DNA of 64,000 bases from the IMG/VR virus record IMGVR_UViG_3300023174_000039, positions 124,001 through 188,000 of that record. One strand, 5' to 3'. Within the stretch, counting starts at the first letter, position 1. Each line of letters begins with the position of its first letter. Under the pieces are notes generated by a model. It did not search any database and had not been told where the DNA came from. It worked only from the letters and a program-made list of their open reading frames with translations. Positions 58,601 through 64,000 of this stretch are shown piece by piece. The translations under genes were made by a program, and so were the position numbers.

Positions 58601-60572
58601 CAAGCTGAAAAAGGGCAACACTGCTGGTCAAAAGTACTGGTGGAAAGTTTCTAATCCTGGAAACAGTAATGCTGGTATAGAAGTTGTGGCCACAACCAAA
58701 GAGGAAGCAATTGAAAAAGCCACGGGTGAAGATGGGTATCCAAGCTGGGCTAACTATCTAAGTTCCCTGGTTGCAAAGCCGTTGAGTCCTTATTATGAAA
58801 AATCCAAACCTTCCCAACAAACTGCCAGATATGAAATCTACAACAAACAAACTGGTAACTCGGTAGAGACTGCTGATGGCATTACCAACGATGCAGACGC
58901 ACTAGTTCGCCTGAATGATTATATTGAACACGGTCCGCATGCACTACAACGCGGGCAAGCCTCACGTATGTTTGGTATTCGCACCACCAATGGGGTTGAG
59001 ATTGTGGACATAGACATACCCATGGCCCAAGGTCGTGCTGCCACAAGTCCAACCGGAAAATGGAAAATAACAGACGGATTGGGTCGTTACCTATATGTGT
59101 TCCGTCCTGCAGAGAACACCCGATCAGCAGCCAACGAGTTAGCCGCATTATGGGCAAGAGAAAACAACTTTGATGGCAACTATCAAGTTGAGCCAGTAGA
59201 AGATACTGCGCAAACTGGCACACAGGATCAACAACAAGGCGGCTTGATTGACGTTGTGCCAGGATCTACAAATGATCTAGCACGTCAGCGAGCAACACCT
59301 GGTGCATTTACAGGTGCATGGAAGGTTCTAGATGCCGACGGCAACGAGCTGTATAGATTCTCAGGCGTAGGCAACAATCAAAGTGATGCTAACCGTGTAG
59401 CAGTACAATGGATGCAGAACAATGGTTATGATCACGGCACAGAAATGTCTGTAGTGCCTGTCATGAGCGAAAGCATTGCGGAAGGTGCAGATAAAAAATA
59501 CACAATTAAAAAATCTTACACCATGTCCAAGGCTGGTGTAGAAAAATCTGTATGGCACATTATGGACGGTGACTTTGTGGTGGACGTTACTGACTTGAGA
59601 CGCGATGCCAAGTACTACGCTGACAAGTGGAATGCTGCCGAGAAGGAATCATCAGACGCATCTCAAAATCTACACAAGCAAGGCATGGCAGAAGGTCTGA
59701 ATGAATTTGCACCTAGCAGCCAAGGTGGAGGTAATTCAGGACGCTGGTACACTGATGACGAGCTTGCAGATATCATTGGTGATGATTGGTTTGAAGACTT
59801 TGATGTCAGCCACGATGGGTTTAATATTGATACACATGGCGAAAAAGCCAAGCAAAATCTAGTGGGTTATGCCAACTCCTGGTTCGATGATCGAGGTTAT
59901 AATGTCAACGTAATGGGCGTGGAACACAATGATGTTGACCACGATTTAAAATGGTACATTGTTGGTAGTTTCCACAATCCCCGCTTTGCCAACGAAGGTG
60001 TGACGGAAGCCAGTTTATCAACCATGCGAGACTTTTTTGCCGGTGATGAAAAGGCACGTGATCCATACGAAATTACCAAACAACGGTTACACTTTAGTAA
60101 AGATCCCAAAACTGCTGCAACCAATAGAAAAGAATTTAGAAGCAAAGAAGAGTATGAACAATGGGCAAAACAAAATAAAATAGTAAATGCACCTAAGGTT
60201 AACGAGGCTCCAGAATTTTTCTCTATGCCATTGCGCATGAGCGAATATCGTGGTAAACATCATCCTGCAACCGAAGAGCCGTACGATGCCAAGTTCAAGT
60301 TCTCGGGTGATTTAAAAGATCGTGTACACAGTCTATTAGATGCAGGAACCAAGCCCAAGCTGTTACAAGTCAATCCGCGTCATTTGTTGGCCACACAAGA
60401 CTGGCTGAGCAATCAAGGCGGCGGCAAGCCACCATTTGCCACAATGAAACAACATCCTGTGGTGCTACAAAAAAACAACAAGTTGTACATTCTCGACGGC
60501 CATCATAGATCAGCAGATGCGCTCAACTCTGGCTCACCAATTGAAGTATACCTATTCCAGGATGAATTATGA
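55695..60572 (+). CDS. 1625-aa polyvalent protein: Pol-beta nucleotidyltransferase, HExxH metallopeptidase, putative amidoligase, repeats and ParB-like domain
   Basis: GSNAGY...SDIDLH; AHELVH; GMEFE...EPDGSL...LEFVSPP...STGLHINIS...IEFRSPGG; ILDGHHR. Confidence 0.8.
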   Translation: MNINELDSYNLADAVKFNEELNPRIWQGSRMRPEVRRKLLAIARDFKQSLGLSDLEVKDITLSGSNAGYTYTPHSDIDLHLVVDVPQAETDEVYRELFNAKKYQYNDEHNLAIGGYPVELYVQPANQTHHSQGIYSVLNNDWTAIPRKRESTVNDGAVKSKYELMKHRINSAINSGNIKQLTKTAARIKQMRQAGLDKNGELGPENLAYKMLRTQGLIEKLYTARTAAKDRLLSLQEQPVAEHVTYGFAEDATISPYGVSPTTQMFLNETGDSEQTVHDFISHTAEQLGIENMPHIELHTDPEWSEREHSFGRYTPETHTLEVNLANRHIMDILRTTAHELVHCRQHELSPLPNEAGETGSRWENEAHAKAGVIMRDYADANPEKFGEHALAEASGYIPTRAQVRDPRFSTALTVDVHPGQTGKEANKMALQTDAQGRPALLTKGLANQLHEEFAQFDESTALFEIKMTGKNLRAEAAKTGAIAGMEFEMIVPNMEGDPDDDQEMEPDWEYDESVISIDDACNFFENGEGNTSGDIRRLRERMQNYYYDWLDEQFDSRWDGDELEFIYNYIKENASAEEIAEILGTEPNEDGEYPDPGKQDYLDAANKISEQGYDNQWYSQAREDAQEDYNRNADQEREWLADQDINTMKDVMDTFGNVNWPYYYNSNVGGDRSIDDVANDFQDAIGRDVQASTRYHSGSVDRPSPSSHHYVVEPDGSLDGDNYGDRGLEFVSPPLPIDVILNDLSKVKRWADSYGCYTNDSTGLHINISVPEYNRDKLDFVKLAILMGDEHVSDSFGRLGAYYAKSAMAAIRDNVRSRPEAVTDALEKMRTHMNTAASKAIHAGVTQKFTSINVKDGHIEFRSPGGDWLGENFDKIENTLLRFTVAMSAALNPEMYREEYLKKLYKLLTPEGQKDEYGDMIEEFSKYMVSLQGSGAEASGKLSKETQQAIKDFRTAASKELKQKNLANKLKKGNTAGQKYWWKVSNPGNSNAGIEVVATTKEEAIEKATGEDGYPSWANYLSSLVAKPLSPYYEKSKPSQQTARYEIYNKQTGNSVETADGITNDADALVRLNDYIEHGPHALQRGQASRMFGIRTTNGVEIVDIDIPMAQGRAATSPTGKWKITDGLGRYLYVFRPAENTRSAANELAALWARENNFDGNYQVEPVEDTAQTGTQDQQQGGLIDVVPGSTNDLARQRATPGAFTGAWKVLDADGNELYRFSGVGNNQSDANRVAVQWMQNNGYDHGTEMSVVPVMSESIAEGADKKYTIKKSYTMSKAGVEKSVWHIMDGDFVVDVTDLRRDAKYYADKWNAAEKESSDASQNLHKQGMAEGLNEFAPSSQGGGNSGRWYTDDELADIIGDDWFEDFDVSHDGFNIDTHGEKAKQNLVGYANSWFDDRGYNVNVMGVEHNDVDHDLKWYIVGSFHNPRFANEGVTEASLSTMRDFFAGDEKARDPYEITKQRLHFSKDPKTAATNRKEFRSKEEYEQWAKQNKIVNAPKVNEAPEFFSMPLRMSEYRGKHHPATEEPYDAKFKFSGDLKDRVHSLLDAGTKPKLLQVNPRHLLATQDWLSNQGGGKPPFATMKQHPVVLQKNNKLYILDGHHRSADALNSGSPIEVYLFQDEL

Positions 60573-61576
60573 GAGCACATGAATTTTTATCCGAAGGTCA
60601 AGAAGAATTTAACCAAGAAATAATGCAACACGGTTTTGAGTTCAGTCAGAAAATTGCCGGTGTTACATATAAAGTAATAAACGATCTTGGTGTACTCTTG
60701 GTCACAGCCTTAGATCCAGCAGGAGAACAAATCGGACATGCAAGTTTTTGGAAACATCAAACTCGTTCAGGACTAGAAAGTCTAAGTACCGAAGTTGACG
60801 ACAAATGGCAAGGCAAAGGCATTGCCGCAAACATGTATGCCGTTGTACGTATGCTGGGCGCAAACATAAATCCATCATTATTCCAAAGCAAGCAAGGAAA
60901 AAACATGTGGAAGAAGTGGCAACAACAAGGCGACGTTGCACATCTAAAACGCATGAATGCAAAAAACAAAGACCAAGATATAGCAGAAACAATAAACTCC
61001 GCCATACTCAATAAGAGATTCCGACACAAACAAGTAATTGGCAATTATACTTACAGAGCATCAGTTGAAATGTTTATGGGTGAGCCGTTATTGTCAATCA
61101 AAGCCTATGACGGAGATAGGGAAATAGGTCATATTCTGTTTGAAATAATTGTAAGATCTCCAGGAGGGAAGAGAGATCCATCCGCGGATTACTTAGAAAG
61201 CGGCGGCACTGAGGTTGATCCAGCATATAGAAACAAAGGTGTGGCATCCACAATGTATGCGTATGCCAAAATGTTAGGCAATGATATTCGACCCAGTTAT
61301 AATCAAACAAGTCAAGGCCAAGCAATGTGGGCGGCCTGGAACAAGACAGGTGATGCAAAGCATTTGATCGGTACTGCCGCGGAATCCACTATGGCGGAAA
61401 ACTTTGCTGATGGCAAAGTAAAAGGCAAAAGCCGCCCTGGGCGTGTGAAACGGTCAGGTGCCAGTTGTGATGGCAGTGTGACAGATCTACGTGCTCGTGC
61501 AAAGAATGCATCAGGTGAAAAGGCCAAAATGTATCACTGGTGTGCCAACATGAAGTCTGGTCGCAAAAAAAGTTAA
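60569..61576 (+). CDS. tandem GNAT acetyltransferase domains plus a basic C-terminal module
   Basis: EVDDKWQGKGIA and EVDPAYRNKGVA acetyl-CoA motifs; MRAHEFLSE start. Confidence 0.8.
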   Translation: MRAHEFLSEGQEEFNQEIMQHGFEFSQKIAGVTYKVINDLGVLLVTALDPAGEQIGHASFWKHQTRSGLESLSTEVDDKWQGKGIAANMYAVVRMLGANINPSLFQSKQGKNMWKKWQQQGDVAHLKRMNAKNKDQDIAETINSAILNKRFRHKQVIGNYTYRASVEMFMGEPLLSIKAYDGDREIGHILFEIIVRSPGGKRDPSADYLESGGTEVDPAYRNKGVASTMYAYAKMLGNDIRPSYNQTSQGQAMWAAWNKTGDAKHLIGTAAESTMAENFADGKVKGKSRPGRVKRSGASCDGSVTDLRARAKNASGEKAKMYHWCANMKSGRKKS

Positions 61577-62277
61577 TTGCGCAGTTTTGCAAGACCCACA
61601 AGTCTAAATACATTTAACCACATCCAACCTATATCAAATTCAAACCAGCGGCGACTGAGACAAGGATTGCCGGGTTCAAGGTGATGATTATTATGAAGAC
61701 ATTCACCGCCAATAATAATACCCCAAGGCATAATGTTCCTACTATTATCTTTGGTTTTGCCATTTCTATATCCCCACCAATGACCTAGGCCGTTGATAAC
61801 ACCTGCGGCCCAGAATGGAATCCATATCATTTGGATGCCCCATACTAACAGTCCCCAAGCACCAAACAACACAAGATTGATCAATAACATTAACACAATG
61901 CCCAAGCGACTGTGTTTGGTGTATATGTTGCGCTCAATCCAGTCATCAGGTGTGCCAGCACCATACTGTGCTATCATTTGATCATCACGGCTGGCCAAAT
62001 GATAAAGCCCTGCGCCCTTGAACAACACACGCCAAATACCATACACATGTGGGCTGTGCGGATCTTGTGTTTCTTCTGTGAATCTATGATGTTTGCGATG
62101 TATAGCCACCCATTGACGGGTGACCATGCCAGTGGTTAACCATAACCAGGCTCTCATAAAATGTTCCAGTATAGGATGAAATACAATGCTTCTGTGTGCT
62201 TGTCCACGATGTAAAAACAACGTGACACATATTATAGTGATGTGTGTAACTGTTAGGGTGTAAATTAGTTCAGTCAT
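61573..62277 (-). CDS. delta-9-type fatty acid desaturase
   Basis: His boxes HRGQAH, HRKHH and HNNHH; TM segments. Confidence 0.92.
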   Translation of the reverse strand: MTELIYTLTVTHITIICVTLFLHRGQAHRSIVFHPILEHFMRAWLWLTTGMVTRQWVAIHRKHHRFTEETQDPHSPHVYGIWRVLFKGAGLYHLASRDDQMIAQYGAGTPDDWIERNIYTKHSRLGIVLMLLINLVLFGAWGLLVWGIQMIWIPFWAAGVINGLGHWWGYRNGKTKDNSRNIMPWGIIIGGECLHNNHHLEPGNPCLSRRWFEFDIGWMWLNVFRLVGLAKLRN

Positions 62278-62281
62278 TGTT

Positions 62282-62321
62282 TATTTACTTGAATCTACGC
62301 AAGTAAAACTCCAACTAAATA
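62282..62321. promoter_or_regulatory. divergent late promoters, each 4 nt from an ATG
   Basis: TATTTA at 62282-62287 and TAAATA at 62316-62321. Confidence 0.65.
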
Positions 62322-62325
62322 CAGG

Positions 62326-62616
62326 ATGGGATTACAAAGCGTTCAATTTGAATACGAAGTACATTGCGACTGGACCGGCACACCACCTGTTTATCGCTTG
62401 TACATCAATGACGAACTGTTTACTGAACGCACATACATCTGGAATAACAAATATCTTGAAGAAGCAGTGTCAATCGAAGCACTGCCTGGGGACTATGTTG
62501 TTCGTTATGAATTACACGGTAACGGAACGCTGACTGCAAAAAACCCCAAAGTCACCATTGGCACAGCAGAGTTTATAGACAATAACACATTAAGGATTCC
62601 GCATGAGAGCTCATGA
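62326..62616 (+). CDS. hypothetical late protein
   Basis: PVYRLYINDELFTERTYIW. Confidence 0.7.
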   Translation: MGLQSVQFEYEVHCDWTGTPPVYRLYINDELFTERTYIWNNKYLEEAVSIEALPGDYVVRYELHGNGTLTAKNPKVTIGTAEFIDNNTLRIPHESS

Positions 62617-62821
62617 GATTATGGAAAATGCCAGTGCAGGCGCCACTTGTGCAGGGTCAATTGCTCCTGTAGAAAGCACCATGGGCATGGTATCAAGAAA
62701 CGGCGGATCAATGCTAACAGGTAAATATGTAACAGGTTCAGATCCCACACCGAACACACCTAAAGAATACAAAAGGAACAAGAATGTTAGCGGACGCTTT
62801 AAAAATTCTCCTGGCAACTGA
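62603..62821 (+). CDS. small protein with a capsid-targeting-like N-terminus
   Basis: MRAHEIMENASAGAT. Confidence 0.65.
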   Translation: MRAHEIMENASAGATCAGSIAPVESTMGMVSRNGGSMLTGKYVTGSDPTPNTPKEYKRNKNVSGRFKNSPGN

Positions 62822-63224
62822 AGAAGCTTTTGCTCTAAAAGCCAAACAGTTTCACTGGAACGTAGAAGGCCCAGATTTTGGCCAGCTACATGCTTTCTTT
62901 GACGCGATCCACGACGATGTGTATGGTGCTACTGACCCTACCGCTGAATACATTCGTGCCATGGGCGATTATGCTCCAGGGTCATTTGAACGATTTATAG
63001 AACTAACAAAAATACAGGGACAAACAAAGATCCCACGTGCTAGACTTATGTTAGAAGAACTCTTGGCCAACAATGGTCAAATGCTGGATCTTCTTAACGA
63101 AACCTTCCAAGTAGCAACCAATGAAAATCAGCAAGGTATTGCCAACTTCATTGCCGAACGAATTGATGCCCACCAGAAACATGGATGGATGTTGAGAAGT
63201 TATTTGAAAGAGCAACGAGCATGA
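62784..63224 (+). CDS. dps: Dps/ferritin-like DNA protection protein
   Basis: FHWNVEGPDFGQLH...AEYIR...HQKHGWML. Confidence 0.92.
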   Translation: MLADALKILLATEEAFALKAKQFHWNVEGPDFGQLHAFFDAIHDDVYGATDPTAEYIRAMGDYAPGSFERFIELTKIQGQTKIPRARLMLEELLANNGQMLDLLNETFQVATNENQQGIANFIAERIDAHQKHGWMLRSYLKEQRA

Positions 63225-63913
63225 GTTCATCAGCAGACATTAGATCAATTCTAGATCGCTTGGCCACAGTAGAAGAAAGCAAACTTACTCCTGTCAACGT
63301 CAAGCATGGGTTAAACAAACAGCAGAAGTCTGCGGACCAATTGCCTGCGCTGTTCAAACCCCGAGACATTAGTCCCACATTGGCCAAAAAGCCTTATCAA
63401 AAACATCCCATGGACGGCAAACTAGTTGGCGACTCAATTGAGCCTACCAAGAGTCCGCTAGAAGAAGCCATGCAAGACATTGAAGAAGACATGCTCAGCA
63501 AAGTCAAGCGCAGTTTTGTTGATTACTTGGAGCAATTAGAAGACGATAACAAAATTGACGGCCACTTGGTCCGCAAGGCCAAGGCTGAACTAGATATTGC
63601 CAATGACCCAGATCCTGAAAACGAATCAGAGATAGATGAAGATCCTACACAACAAGACCTTGATGTGGTGCCTGCACAAGCACCTGCTGAAGATCCTACA
63701 TTGGCAGAAGCACCTGTAAAAACCTATCCCATGGAAGATGGTAGCATGCTAGAGTGTTATGGTAATGAATCACAAGGATTTGAAATTCGTCATGGAGAAC
63801 GACGATTACCCACACGTTTCCGCAATGTCAATGATGCCGACATGGCAGTAAAGATATTCCAGAAACGTAAAAACAAGCCCCAGGGCAACGAAGATTATTT
63901 GGAAGAACGCTGA
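63221..63913 (+). CDS. hypothetical late protein (putative head-associated)
   Basis: DIRSILDRLATVEE near the N-terminus; ends EDYLEER. Confidence 0.7.
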   Translation: MSSSADIRSILDRLATVEESKLTPVNVKHGLNKQQKSADQLPALFKPRDISPTLAKKPYQKHPMDGKLVGDSIEPTKSPLEEAMQDIEEDMLSKVKRSFVDYLEQLEDDNKIDGHLVRKAKAELDIANDPDPENESEIDEDPTQQDLDVVPAQAPAEDPTLAEAPVKTYPMEDGSMLECYGNESQGFEIRHGERRLPTRFRNVNDADMAVKIFQKRKNKPQGNEDYLEER

Positions 63914-63914
63914 A

Positions 63915-64000
63915 ATGATAGTAGATCAATTATTCACAACCCCTGCTGTAGTTGGTAACACCAAGCAGTTTTTTGGTGAAAGCCGTCACAACAAGTTGCT
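63915..64000 (+). CDS. 3'-truncated protein beginning MIVDQLFTT
   Basis: Open to the window end; N-terminus resembles MLVDELFTT at 40073. Confidence 0.55.
   Translation, partial: MIVDQLFTTPAVVGNTKQFFGESRHNKL

Noticed and set aside
1-64000. Stop-codon reassignment, as seen in some large phages
   Set aside because: Long genes are intact under the standard code, and TAA, TGA and TAG (e.g. 1460) all end genes.

Overview
This window looks like a 64-kb segment of a large lytic dsDNA phage (T4-superfamily-like or jumbo myovirus), probably aquatic. A Bug/TctC protein, a PBP7-like peptidase, ErpA and FdxA suggest a proteobacterial, possibly betaproteobacterial, host. Genes are dense, mostly on the + strand, and use the standard code. 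Layout: (1) 1-13.9 kb, early/accessory genes behind near-consensus sigma70 promoters, including an array of repeated promoter cassettes, plus host-like genes (PBP7-like, Hc1-like, NadE, ferredoxin, cell-wall hydrolase, IF-1). (2) 13.9-25.7 kb, SOD, ErpA, fibre/baseplate-like proteins, a subtilisin and a 1448-aa Ig-like protein. (3) 25.7-33.8 kb, a DnaE fragment, GroES, clamp loader, HNH endonuclease, HAD phosphatase, PhoH and a fibre-like protein. (4) 33.8-40.7 and 52.9-64 kb, late genes whose proteins share a capsid-targeting-like N-terminus and recurring Glu-ending linkers between unrelated modules. (5) 40.7-45 kb, a modification-enzyme cluster. (6) 45-48 kb, a lysis cassette with an embedded o-spanin. 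(7) DnaJ and ClpA. The main candidate novel system is a set of head-packaged, protease-processed cargo polyproteins. Two of them carry complete twin-arginine (Tat) signal peptides buried directly behind predicted cleavage sites. All calls come from motif recognition by eye; no searches were run. No tRNA, rRNA or CRISPR array was seen.
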